In this document: piece after piece, positions 28,742-39,109 of the stretch | Layout: every line of letters begins with the position of its first letter | Numbering within the stretch: the first letter of the stretch is position 1 | From: Schmidtea nova | Lineage: Eukaryota | Assembly: GCA_044892505.1 (NCBI GenBank) | Contig: CM097884.1 | Location: 121,272,001 to 121,336,000, forward strand | Length of the DNA stretch: 64,000 bases | Direction: 5' to 3' | Position numbers and translations under genes: made by a program | Notes under the pieces: model-generated | What the model was told of the DNA's origin: nothing | Seen by the model: only the letters and a program-made list of their open reading frames with translations | Databases searched by the model: none

Positions 28742-29203
28742 TTATAAATATACAATAATTTTATCGTCTATCATCAGGTTGCACATAGGACATAGGTCGC
28801 ACTTGCTGGCACATATTTTACAAAAACGAAAATGTCCGCAAGGTAAAAACATAATTTGTATCTCGCTATCCTCACATATATAGCACTGTCGGTATCTTTT
28901 CGCTGCTTCTACCCCCTGCGCCCTCCATCGATTGTATGTTGAGGTTAATTGTTGTTCTATTTGCCTGCACTTAATATTTAATTCTGCATTTTCTAATCGT
29001 GTTCTGTACCATTTGTAGCGGGTCTCTATGTCGATTTTTCTTGTTCTTTCTGTTATCTTTATTAATCCATCTGTTTCCTCAGTCTGTGTTGTGGGTTCCT
29101 GAAATTCAATTTCTCTAAATCGGTTTATTTTCTTGCCAATCGTTTCTAATGTTTCGCTTTCTGTGTTGAGAAATTCTTCAATTTCTTTCAGTTTTTCCTC
29201 CAT
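28742..29203 (-). CDS. 153-aa coiled-coil plus C-terminal IAP-type RING (C3HC4) E3-ligase-like protein; no BIR domain seen
   Basis: CYICEDSEIQIMFLPCGHFRFCKICASKCDLCPMCNLMIDDKIIVYL at the extreme C-terminus matches the cIAP/XIAP RING pattern. TTCAG 3 nt before the ATG; AATAAA after the stop. Confidence 0.85.
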   Translation of the reverse strand: MEEKLKEIEEFLNTESETLETIGKKINRFREIEFQEPTTQTEETDGLIKITERTRKIDIETRYKWYRTRLENAELNIKCRQIEQQLTSTYNRWRAQGVEAAKRYRQCYICEDSEIQIMFLPCGHFRFCKICASKCDLCPMCNLMIDDKIIVYL

Positions 29204-29516
29204 TTACTGAATAAATAATCGTTTTAACTCTATTATTTTTATCGTTTTAAGGTAGTAATATGTTTCGTTTTGTATCTTTTAATCTTTAACTCCCCCCGTG
29301 TTTCCGAAAATTGTCGTCCCGACAAATTATGCATGTATTTTAATTTTTAAATTCACTTTTGTTCACTGCCGTGTTGTTTATTTGATACAATAATTTACAT
29401 TTAATTATAACCTTTCTGTTTTTTTTTTTTTTTTTTTTTTATTAAATTAATTGACCCGAGCATTTTAAACCTCTCTGCAGATTTTACGTTTACATTTTTC
29501 CGATAAAACGAAGTTG

Positions 29517-29534
29517 ATCCCGGCTGAGCCCCCA
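29517..29534 (-). promoter_or_regulatory. Primer-binding site, tRNA-Pro
   Basis: TGGGGGCTCAGCCGGGAT is 16/18 identical to the MLV tRNA-Pro PBS TGGGGGCTCGTCCGGGAT and lies 6 nt from the 5' LTR. Confidence 0.88.
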
Positions 29535-30008
29535 AATTTATGCTGGGTTCATGGAGGGGTTAGATGAAAAATGTTCTAACAATGACTAGGGATCCCTCAT
29601 CCATGATCATGCATAAAATTGCAATTCTACACTCAAGCGCCCTTGATTATTTCCCTATATAATCAAGTTGGTGATGCGCAGGGTGGTTAAACAATGATGG
29701 GCAGGTGAGCACTATCGCTAGTACTACTCCCCATTTATGTTTACGGGTTCATTGCTGCCGTTAGAAGGACTTATGCTTTAATCATCTACTTATGTATTCC
29801 GCGTTAATCTTTCAGAAAATTTATTTTTATCATTGCTCAGTCTGCGAGAAGTATTTCAACGAATGCTCGCTTAATTATTTAATTATCTCTATTCGATATT
29901 TTGTAAACTGAATTTATACTTTTGTTCTATCTTTATCTAATCATTGGTAAAGTTAATTAAATCAATTTAAATGAACGATGAAATTCTTAAGCCAATACAA
30001 CAATTTAT

Positions 30009-30605
30009 TTAATTTTTAATGAGTTCGGTAAAAACTCCCGCCGGAGGAAAAATCTCCGTCAATAATGCCTCCTCGGTCATCTGATGTAGACCGTCTACTT
30101 GGCTTTGTAATCGCTGGGCAAATAATCTTCTCTGTCTCCGCCGTTTCTGCCCAATGCGCTTGCGTTTCTGGTGCGCAGTTGCCGGTGAGGTGGTTGAATT
30201 TGCTGTAGGAGCTGTCTCATTCCGACTTTCGATTAGATCGGTGACATCCGTGCCAATGGAGTTTACCGTCTTCTTTTCTGCTGTCCAAGCTTGGTACGTA
30301 ACAGGACGGATTTGCTCTCTGAGTTCTTTCTCGATATATGAGGCAGTTACGGAATGGAGGCATTTTCGGAGTTCTATCTTTGTAGCCTCCCATTCCATTT
30401 GATAATCGGCTGCCGTCTGTTGGGCGCGCTCGGTTTTACTGATTTGCTCCTTCATTCGGGCCGGAGCAAACCAGCTTTTGCGCAGATATTCAATCTGTGC
30501 CTCTGCTTTGATCAATTGTGCCTTGAGGAGACCCAATTCCTTATCCTGGGCTCTCCGAATCCGCCACCTCTTTTCCAATTCTCTCTGCATCAAATCGGGG
30601 TTCAT
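30009..30605 (-). CDS. LTR-encoded 198-aa Arg-rich/coiled-coil protein (5' LTR copy)
   Basis: Identical translation to 3427-4023. Confidence 0.6.
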   Translation of the reverse strand: MNPDLMQRELEKRWRIRRAQDKELGLLKAQLIKAEAQIEYLRKSWFAPARMKEQISKTERAQQTAADYQMEWEATKIELRKCLHSVTASYIEKELREQIRPVTYQAWTAEKKTVNSIGTDVTDLIESRNETAPTANSTTSPATAHQKRKRIGQKRRRQRRLFAQRLQSQVDGLHQMTEEALLTEIFPPAGVFTELIKN

Positions 30606-30797
30606 TCTATAATTTATTCAGGATATTTACTCTATGATTTAATTATATGAAAATTAAAATCTGATCATAGGATTATTAGGTCACGAATATGAACTATTAA
30701 AATGCGAAACAAAACAAAAAAAAATATAAATAAAAAAACAAAATTCACTAATGAACTATAATATTTTAATACAATTTCAACATTTGTTGATCAGTTT

Positions 30798-31259
30798 TCA
30801 TCTTCGAAACAAACAATGCAATTCGCTGTTAATCGGTTTCTGACGCAGACGAGCCCAGGAAAACGCAGGTTGTCCTTTCTGGCATTCCTTGCCGAACGGT
30901 TTTCGCGGTAGGAATTCGTGCAGACCCAATCGGCATAGCTCTCGACGGGGAATATGCCCCCAATAAATTACACGGCTTATCCGTCCCTCTGTGTCCTGGA
31001 TCAGTACGACAAGTCGGCCAAATTTGTTTGAGTACGGCCTTTGAGAAATCGGCCAGTTTGGTCCTCCTCGATAGAGTATTATATCGTTTCCTCCGTCCCA
31101 GATGGAAAACGGGCACTTTCGGCCAAACCCCTGTCGCCACTTATATATCTGGCAGTTGAGGGTTCGCAATATCGATGCCGGTAGATCCTTGAGCTGCGAG
31201 ATATTTCCATTTCGTAGATTCCCTTGTTCCATATTCCGTAGTTGAGTTAATTGATTCAT
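30798..31259 (-). CDS. LTR-encoded 153-aa protein (5' LTR copy)
   Basis: Identical translation to 4216-4677; the single substitution is synonymous in this frame. Confidence 0.65.
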   Translation of the reverse strand: MNQLTQLRNMEQGNLRNGNISQLKDLPASILRTLNCQIYKWRQGFGRKCPFSIWDGGNDIILYRGGPNWPISQRPYSNKFGRLVVLIQDTEGRISRVIYWGHIPRRELCRLGLHEFLPRKPFGKECQKGQPAFSWARLRQKPINSELHCLFRR

Positions 31260-32658
31260 AAGTTCAGCTGTCGACCTCTATATTACATTTATTGGATATA
31301 AAATATACGAGTTAAGGGGGAAATTCGTTGATAATTTAATTATACTGTATATGATCACAAAAGTTACTTAAAAATAAGATTAATTTGATTTCTCTCCGCC
31401 GTGATCTACCACGGTCGGAATAGAGTTCATAATTAGCCCTGTGCTATATACAGCATTCAGGAATTATCAAATTTAATCAAGATTTCCGCGCTATATACAG
31501 CGATCGGATTATAACTTGGGAACCGCGCCATATACGACGATCGGCCTATTTTTAGTAACTAATTTAATTTGGATTTTCCGACGCATTCCATCGCGATCGG
31601 AATTTATCGATATTAAAATTCTGTAGGCGAGATGCTGATTCCGAATGAAGTCGGACTTTGGACTACGTTGGATTTTCTCATTTCAGCGAAATTATTCAAA
31701 TTTATTTTATTTGTTGCTCACTGGTTTTCCATGCGGGAGGTTCAATTTACTAAAATTTAAAGAATGAACATGCCTTACCATGGGGTGTCCCTCCTTATCA
31801 ATCCGCCCTCCGCAATCTCCCTATTTGGCCCTCGACCTCCGTCCGTTGTGCAACCCAGAATTAAATAATTAGTAAATGGTCTGTACTAGACTAAAAATTC
31901 AATCAAATTTTCTAAATAAAATTCCACATCTAAACTAAATAATAAAAAGGTTGAACCGCCATGTGAGACCCTGAGGCCCCACAACGACGACTCGGACTCC
32001 CTCGCCGCGTGAGCAGCATAGGAAGTATAGCTATATGCATTAAAGTGTCAATAAAATAATCAATGAAAAAAAATAAAATGACGTTTACATATAAAATTTT
32101 AATTAAATAAAAATCATGGGTACATCATATAAGATAACATAAAAATTACTTCCGTACTTGAATGTGTGGTTCCTTGTATGAAATTCGGTTCTTTCAAAAA
32201 ATTACTCAAATCAAAGTTTAGTCTTGATTGTGAGTGAAAATGTAAAACGTCTCTGTCTGTGATTTTTGGATCGGTATTTATACTGATCCTTCTGGTTGGA
32301 TTGACCAATCAGGATCAGGCCGTCCTTCAAAGTATTTTTATTATTTTAATCTAATCTAAACATTATTTTGTTTCCTTTTCCGGTTTCTCGCTGGGTGGTC
32401 CTGATTTTCTAAGTAATTAATTAATTATTTGTACTATTATTTTATTTAATTCTATTTTCTTATTTCAGGCCCCCTTTTGCGGTTGTTTACCGGTTTATTT
32501 TCAAAATTTCCTTTTACTGAAAATTTATCAATTATTATTTGTCGTTTTATTGTTATTTTTAATTTGTTTTTCTTGCTATTTTTATTTTTATTATTTCTTT
32601 ATTGTTTCATGCTTTTGTTCGTTTTATTGTGTTTTTAGGTGATTTGGCGGGCCCAACA

Positions 32659-33118
32659 CCTGGTATTGTAACTGCAAATGCTCTTTCAATATTATTATTT
32701 ACCTCCACAATATACAGCGAATCAGTTCTGTTACTAGGAGCCCGGCCACGATGACTTTTGACCTTATAATTAAGCATGGTCTCATCGATTTGTACTATTT
32801 TTTCAGGCCCCCTAGTTTAGAATTGCTAAAATCAACTCTAGGTATTTTACTTTTTAACCTCTTTATTATCTTTTCAATTGTTGAATCAGAGGTATCTAAT
32901 GCTAATTTGATACTAAAAATAGGCTGCCTTGTAGAATATTTTATAATTATTCTTAAAATCAAAGACATCTTAACAGTTAATCCATCAAAAAAAGAACCTT
33001 TTCTCACCGATTCATAGACTTTGTACCTTTTACAAGCTGGTGTCATACACCTCCAAGCAATTTTGCCTATAGATCTTTTACGACCTACCAATTTCATTAA
33101 GGTATTACATGTACTGCA
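32659..33118 (-). pseudogene. Merlin transposase, middle piece
   Basis: STCNTLMKLV..WRCMTPACK..SVRKGSFF..KLGG/EKIVQIDETMLNYKVKSHRGR: zinc ribbon plus the first catalytic D region of ISXO2; one frameshift. Confidence 0.85.
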
Positions 33119-33467
33119 TTTGATGAACCGGAAACCACACCGAGGTATCCTGATTTTTGGCGTGGTTGCCGATTCATCAATTTTATATTATCGTGCGGGT
33201 TAACCGCTTAACAACCTCTTTTTAACAAAACATACAATGTTGAAATTATAAAATTTTTACATATATAACAATTTTTTACAACCTTAATTTACATAATTTT
33301 AAATATACATAAGACACGAATAAACATTTATTTATGTTAAAAATTCATATCCAAACGTGTGTCCACAGAACATTACATTACCCCCCATCCAGTAACGCGG
33401 AGCGTTTTTCTTAAAAAAAAAAACAAAAAAAAAATTTAGAAGTGTTAGTATTGGTGCTCGCCCTAAG

Positions 33468-36400
33468 TTACAAGTCGTTAGTTCTAGATAGGCGGATTGG
33501 TAAGTTCGGGTTTTCGCCGATTCTTTTAGTTCGGTGCCATTCTGCTATACGCACTTTCTTAATTTGTTGTGCCTTGGGTATCTTATTCGATGATTTTAGG
33601 ATGGGGTTCGGAGTATATTTTGAAGTAGGAGTTGATTGAGTTGGCTGGTCCAATATAGTTGCCGGGATAAACCATGTGTTATCTGGTTGCGATGATTGTG
33701 TTGGTCTCTGAATTGGAATTTGCTTCTGGTTAACTATTGGTTGTAATGTGCTGGGTAATGGGTTTTCGATTTGTAACTGAGTGGTGCAGTGATTAGTTAT
33801 GAGGGATGGAATGATTTCATTTTTGCTTGGAAGTAATTTCGGTGATGATAAAAATTGCGGAGGTAAGCGAACGACGGTCGGGTTATCCCTCTGCAGATTA
33901 TGGGTTTGTATGGGGTCCGGAGGATTTGGTGGTGTGAAGTCTTGTGTCTCAGCATGCGATGTGATATTTGTAGGACTGAGGTCTTCTTCCATATAACCAA
34001 AAGCTGGCTTGAGACGGGCTAGATTTATAATTGAATCCATTCCATTAATGAAAACTTTTGCAGTGCCGTTATCAAGTATTTGGAGAAGGGAATACGGTCC
34101 TTCGTAGCGTGGTTTTAGGCCAATATCGGCAATTGAACGGATCCATACATGAGTTGCGCGATCAAAAGATCTGGGAATATATGGTTTGTAAGTGTTCGAC
34201 ATTGAAAAGTTTGGGTTTGAGTCCAAAGATAGGAAATGGTTTCTTGCATCCGCTAGATTTTCTAAAGTTGGTTCGCCGTTTAGCTCGACAAGTTCGTTTG
34301 GTAACATGACGTTATTACCGAACAGGAGTTGAGCTGGAGACGAACCGGTTGTTTTTGATGGCGTATTGCGCCATCCTAGTAGAACAAAAGGTAGGGCCTT
34401 TGTCCAGTTCTTTGAAGTTGAAAGTATTCGGAGGGATGTCTTGAGTGTGCGGTGAAACCGCTCGACAGCTCCGTTTGTTTGTGGGTGGTAGGTACTAGTC
34501 CTCAGGTGTTTAATTCCTAGTTGTGTCGAAAGTTGTTTAAAAAGATGGGATTCGAATTGGGGTCCTTTATCGGTAATGAAATGTAGAGGAACGCCAAATA
34601 TCGAGATCCAATGTTCTATGATCGCCGATGCTACAATATAGGCAGAAATGGATTTTAAAGGAACAGCGACTGGAAAACGAGTTTTTCTGTCCAGCATGGT
34701 TAGTATATGTGTGTAACCGTTGTCTGGAGGAAGAGGTCCAACTAGATCGACATGCACCACTTCGAAACGGTTTCCCGTTGGAAAGTTATGTAAGGGTGGT
34801 CGAGTATGTCTGTGGATTTTGTGTTGTTGGCATCCTAAGCAAGATTCACACCAGTCTTTTACGTCTTGTCTCATACTTGGCCAAATGACACGAGAACGTA
34901 GTAGATTGTATGTTGCAGACGTGCCCGGATGGTGAAGGTTGTGGGTGTGGTTGAAAGCTTCGCGCCTTAACTTTTCTTGCAAAATTGGGCGGATATTTCT
35001 AGATAAGGCGTTGTCGTAGTAGATGCCTTTATCGAAAACCGTTGTATTTTGGAAGAATGACAGGTCTTTTGGGGAAGGTGGTAGAGACCTGAGAACGTCG
35101 TCAGTGAAGATCGGCTCAGTAGTGATCGCTGCAACAAGATTTCGCGATAGATAATCTGCTACAATATTCTGGCGACCTGGGAGATGAGTGATAGTGAACG
35201 CGAATTCTGATAGGTAGTTGATTTGACGTCCCTGTCTTGGTGAAGGAGTCTTCATTTCCATCATGTGAACTAGAGGTTTATGGTCCGTCTGAATAGAAAA
35301 AAATCTGCCTTCGAGTAAGTAGCGGAAGTGGCGGACTGATTCATAAATCGCTAACAATTCGTGGTCAAACGTGGAATAGCGTTGTTCCTGTGTGGTTAAT
35401 TTGCGTGAAAAGAATTCGATTTTCTCTTGACAACCTGTGTTGTTCTGTTCGAGAACTCCAGCAATGCCAATGTTGGACGCATCGGTAGTTAAAAATAGGG
35501 GTAGATTGTTCTTTATGTAGGACAAAGATTGTGCTGTCGACATTGCGTCCTTGACGGATTGAAAAGCTCTTTCTAGTTCGTCATTCAACGGTAGGAGAGT
35601 GTTTTGGGCCGCTACAGAGAGCGGAAAGAGGTGCGGTGACCTCGGATATCTTTGGAATAAATCGGTGACAGAAATTAACAGTTCCTAAGAAGCTGCGCAT
35701 TTGGGAAACTGTATTTGGTCGTGAAAAATTGCGGATTGTATCTAGGCGTTCTGGAAGTGGCCTTACTCCGGACGTCGATACGAGGTGTCCAAGGAATTTT
35801 ATTTCCGATTGAAAGAAGGAACATTTGTCCAAGTTAATTTGCAAATTGTTATTGTGCAATAACCTGAACACTTCTTTGATAATTTCAAGATGTTCCGTTG
35901 CATCTTTGGACCCGATGAGGATGTCATCGATGTATGCCACCATGTATTTCTTGTCCCCTAAAATATTGTCAATGTTTCGCTGGAACGTTTGAGCTGCGTT
36001 TCGGAGACCGAATGGCATGTATTTGTATTCAAACAAGCCGAAAGGGGTGATAACAGCGGTCTGCGGGATGTCTTCTGGTGCTACCGGGATTTGGTGGTAA
36101 GCCTTTTTTAGATCTAGGGTGGAGAAGATTGTAGCTTCAGGTTATCTCGAAAGAACGTCTGATATAAGTGGCATGGGGTAAGAGTCATGTATAGTGACTT
36201 TGTTGAGGTGTCTGTAGTCACCACAGGCGCGGATAGATCCGTCTTTTTTTGTAACCACATGGATGGGTGATGCCCAAGGGGAATTCGATCGGTGGATAGT
36301 ACCGGCTTCGAGTAGTTTATTGAATTCTTCCTTGACAAGTGTGAGCTTCTCGGGCGCGAGTGGTCGCATACGTTCTCTGTTAGGCATACCGTTATTGGTG

Positions 36401-36947
36401 ACTATGACGTGTAGAAAAGAGGGAGTTTGTTTGTGATTGTTTGATCTCTTTTCGACGTTTGGAAACGTCTTTAGTAATTGTTCTATATAGCAAGGTGTGG
36501 CGGGTAAGACATTGAGAGCGTCGCTACAGAGGTGGTCGAGAACTTGAGCTCTAGGTGTGTGTTGTGAGAGGATTAATTTGCGTTCTCTGCAATCAGGGAG
36601 TAAACCTTCAGCATCAAGAAAATCGGCACCTAAGAGTGGATGAATCACCTCGGCGACTTGGAATGTCCATGAAAAAGTTTTAGACAGACCAGGAATTTGG
36701 AATATTAAGTTTTTGGTTCCAATAGTGGAAAAGTTTTCGCCACTGGCTGTCCGGAAAGACCTTTTTTGGTTATTATCAATTCCGAACCGATTAGGTAGGA
36801 ATGAAATGATAGAGCCGCTATCGATAACGAAGTGAATGGGGGCATCGACTTCGTTAGAGTTCTGGGAATGAGGTACGGCGGAAACAGAAAAGAGTCCACA
36901 GGTTATGGGATCGCCATCAAAAACTGTGGGGGAGTTCGATGGCGTCT
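33468..36947 (-). pseudogene. pol: pol of the second element (PR DSG, RT YIDD, RH, IN) with an in-frame TAA at 36142-36144 and a frameshift at ~35585
   Basis: FVIDSGS; ..[20 protein letters not shown]..; [14 protein letters not shown]; TDAS; HVDLVGP; TDKGPQF; VERFH. Confidence 0.9.
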
Positions 36948-38252
36948 TCAGTTTTTCGAAGACTTATTATATGAATTTTGATTAACGTTACTGGTATTGT
37001 GATTACCAGTATGGAAACGGCAGCCTTCCAAGCATGTTTTGGCCTCGGTCTTAAATATTGCGTGATAGATGCAAAGGTTGCGAGGCAGGCATGTTGGAAG
37101 TCGGTTGTTCCACTTACAACCGACATAGCAATGGTGGGCTTTGTCTCCATACGTCTTATGGTAGGAGCATATGAGCCCTCGTGCAGATGTGGACCGATGT
37201 CGTTTTTGATTATTGTCACGACTGTCTGTTCGACTTCGACCTCGGGTGTGTAGACTTGTGTCTAAATTGTCCATCCTCGATGTTAACGCAGCTATGGCGC
37301 TGACTCGGGCTCCGAATTCGGCGTGTGGGAAGCTTGTTGTTGCGACTACCGGTGATGGAGTAACGGGTGACGTGTTGATTTCCACGATCTTGTCGGCAAT
37401 TTTGGCCAGTTCTTCCAATGTTGTGTTTGGAACAACGGCCAGAATGGACTGGGCTGATGTAGGTAGTGCTTTTAGAAAGAACCTACGGAGTAGAGCGTCG
37501 TCTTTAGTAAGACCAGCCTGGATCCTCTCGAGTTGTTCCTTGGCTCGCTTGAGGAAGGCGCTTGGTCTTTCATTATTGAGAGGTTGATTTCGGAACCAAG
37601 CCTCATATAAATGGTCTAATTTTGGTCGGTAGGCGTCTAGCACTGCCGATTTCAGTGAGTTGTAGGGCTTACTTGCCGTGGCTGCGGTTGCAATGGCGGT
37701 GGACAATGTGGTGTAAATAGTGCTTGGAAGCATGGACAAGAGTGCACCAAACTTCTGCCCTTGAGATTGAGTGGGTAGAAAGGTTGGAGTCACTTCTAGT
37801 GCCAGGAACCACGTTTGTGGGGAGCCAACGCCGTCTAGGAAAAACGGTATTGGGGTAATAACTGGTGTTGTTTGTTGTGTTGGCGGTTGTATGTGACTGA
37901 TTTCACAGTATGTGTTAGTCTCATCAGTTTGCATTCCTCCAGTCAAACGAGGAACGATGTCGAAATAGGTGGTGATGACTGGGGTATGTGTCGCAGATTG
38001 GGACTTCTTGACAAAGAAGTGGCGGTGTGTTTCTCTTGTGACACCAATTGCTAGGAGCAATGAAGACATTGAGGACAATTGTGACTTCGTCGGACACAGA
38101 GGTTGCCATCCGGAAGTCTTGTTAGGACACCGGAAGAGAAACTTGTGTGATACTTGCGTCCTCTCAATGTTTAAAAACCCGTTTGTTCTTATGATGTGGT
38201 TTCCATGTACCTTCAATTCAGTTAGTCCCGCCCAGGATTGTAGCGCCTTCAT
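36948..38252 (-). CDS. gag: gag of the second element; ends ..SKN* with a probable -1 frameshift (GAAAAAC) into pol
   Basis: PFFLDGVGSPQTWFLALE capsid motif; LEELAKIADKI; two CxxH-type motifs CSYHKTYG..C..GC. The -1 frame is open into the protease. Confidence 0.8.
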   Translation of the reverse strand: MKALQSWAGLTELKVHGNHIIRTNGFLNIERTQVSHKFLFRCPNKTSGWQPLCPTKSQLSSMSSLLLAIGVTRETHRHFFVKKSQSATHTPVITTYFDIVPRLTGGMQTDETNTYCEISHIQPPTQQTTPVITPIPFFLDGVGSPQTWFLALEVTPTFLPTQSQGQKFGALLSMLPSTIYTTLSTAIATAATASKPYNSLKSAVLDAYRPKLDHLYEAWFRNQPLNNERPSAFLKRAKEQLERIQAGLTKDDALLRRFFLKALPTSAQSILAVVPNTTLEELAKIADKIVEINTSPVTPSPVVATTSFPHAEFGARVSAIAALTSRMDNLDTSLHTRGRSRTDSRDNNQKRHRSTSARGLICSYHKTYGDKAHHCYVGCKWNNRLPTCLPRNLCIYHAIFKTEAKTCLEGCRFHTGNHNTSNVNQNSYNKSSKN

Positions 38253-38602
38253 TTGGAAAGGAATAGGAAAAATAATAAATGTGGGAATATAATAATATAA
38301 AATATAAATGTTACTGGAGGGAGGGAGTAACTTCTGACACCAATTTGATGAACCGGAAACCACACCAAGGTATCCTGATTTTTGGCGTGGTTGCCGATTC
38401 ATCAATTTTATATTATCGTGCGGGTTAACCGCTTAACAACCTCTTTTTAACAAAACATACAATGTTGAAATTATAAAATTTTTACATATATAACAATTTT
38501 TTACAACCTTAATTTACATAATTTTAAATATACATAAGACACGAATAAACATTTATTTATGTTAAAAATTCATATCCAAACGTGTGTCCACAGAACATTA
38601 CA

Positions 38603-38706
38603 CTGCACACATGTTCATTCTTCAAAAATGAGTTTGTCATTAAAAATAAAGCAAGATTTCTTTCGTCCAGTGTTATGCATATTCTTTCAAATTCATCAGG
38701 AGTCAT
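38603..38706 (-). pseudogene. Merlin transposase, N-terminal piece
   Basis: MTPDEFERICITLDERNLALFLMTNSFLKNEHVC joins in frame to STCNTLMKL once the second LTR element and one TSD copy are removed. Confidence 0.8.
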
Positions 38707-39109
38707 TTAAGGTATTGAAAAATTGACTATTATTTTAATTAATATTAATGTATTAATATTACTTTTTATTTATTTTCGGGGGTTAAATTAAAAGGTTGAT
38801 CAAAACTTTCTTCGGCCTCTAACCACGGAACTACAAAATCTTCAATTTCCTAAGTGCTCGGCTCTAACAAATTGACTAGTTCATGAAATTTTATGTAACC
38901 AATATTATTTTTGTTATTTGATCCTACTTGAGAGAAATCAATTTTTTATGATAATGTCATCATAAATCATTACAAGGTTTATAATCTCAAAATCTTTATT
39001 TAAAATTTTTTTAAACACAATTTCTCACAAAATTACACAATTTTTCTATTTAAATTTTAAACAAACCCAATTCATAATTAAAATTTTTAAAAACCTACTC
39101 AGCAACTGG

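Larger units (their letters stand above)
2965..32658 (-). mobile_element. Giant (29,694 bp) env-bearing Ty3/Gypsy LTR retrotransposon / endogenous retrovirus-like element, intact
   Basis: Direct repeats 2965-6091 and 29541-32658 with TG...CA ends; TSD CCTG (2961-2964 and 32659-32662); PBS; gag with CCHC; PR-RT-RH-IN order; all ORFs uninterrupted. Confidence 0.97.
29541..32658 (-). repeat. 5' LTR of the giant element (3118 bp)
   Basis: On the minus strand TGTTGGG...CCCAGCA, followed by the PBS; flanked by the CCTG TSD. Confidence 0.97.
33119..38602 (-). mobile_element. Second Ty3/Gypsy LTR retrotransposon (~5.5 kb), pol defective
   Basis: 257-bp LTRs at 33121-33377 and 38346-38602 (1 substitution); TSD CTGCA (33114-33118 and 38603-38607); PBS TGGTGTCAGAAGT (tRNA-Leu) at 38330-38342; PPT GGATGGGGGGTAA at 33378-33390. 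Confidence 0.95.
2451..38802 (-). mobile_element. Merlin/IS1016 (ISXO2-like) DNA transposon, ~1165 bp native length, split by two LTR retroelement insertions
   Basis: TIRs GGATCAACCTTTTAATTTAAGCCC (2451-2474) and GGGGTTAAATTAAAAGGTTGATCA (38779-38802) match 22/24. 8-bp TSD AAACTTTC at 2443-2450 and 38803-38810. Confidence 0.88.

Noticed and set aside
29419-29440. 22-nt T run (poly-A on the element strand) as a retrocopy tail
   Set aside because: It lies upstream, not downstream, of the RING ORF and has no flanking TSD; treated as a simple homopolymer.
2965-32658. Possibility that the duplicated 3.1 kb is an assembly artefact
   Set aside because: The copies differ by discrete substitutions and indels, have TG..CA ends, a TSD and a PBS, and the Merlin frame rejoins exactly across the site.
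33468-34000. P/T/Q-rich tail after the integrase of the second element as an env or accessory gene
   Set aside because: Low-complexity tail with no signal peptide or TM; such tails are common in this Ty3/Gypsy group.
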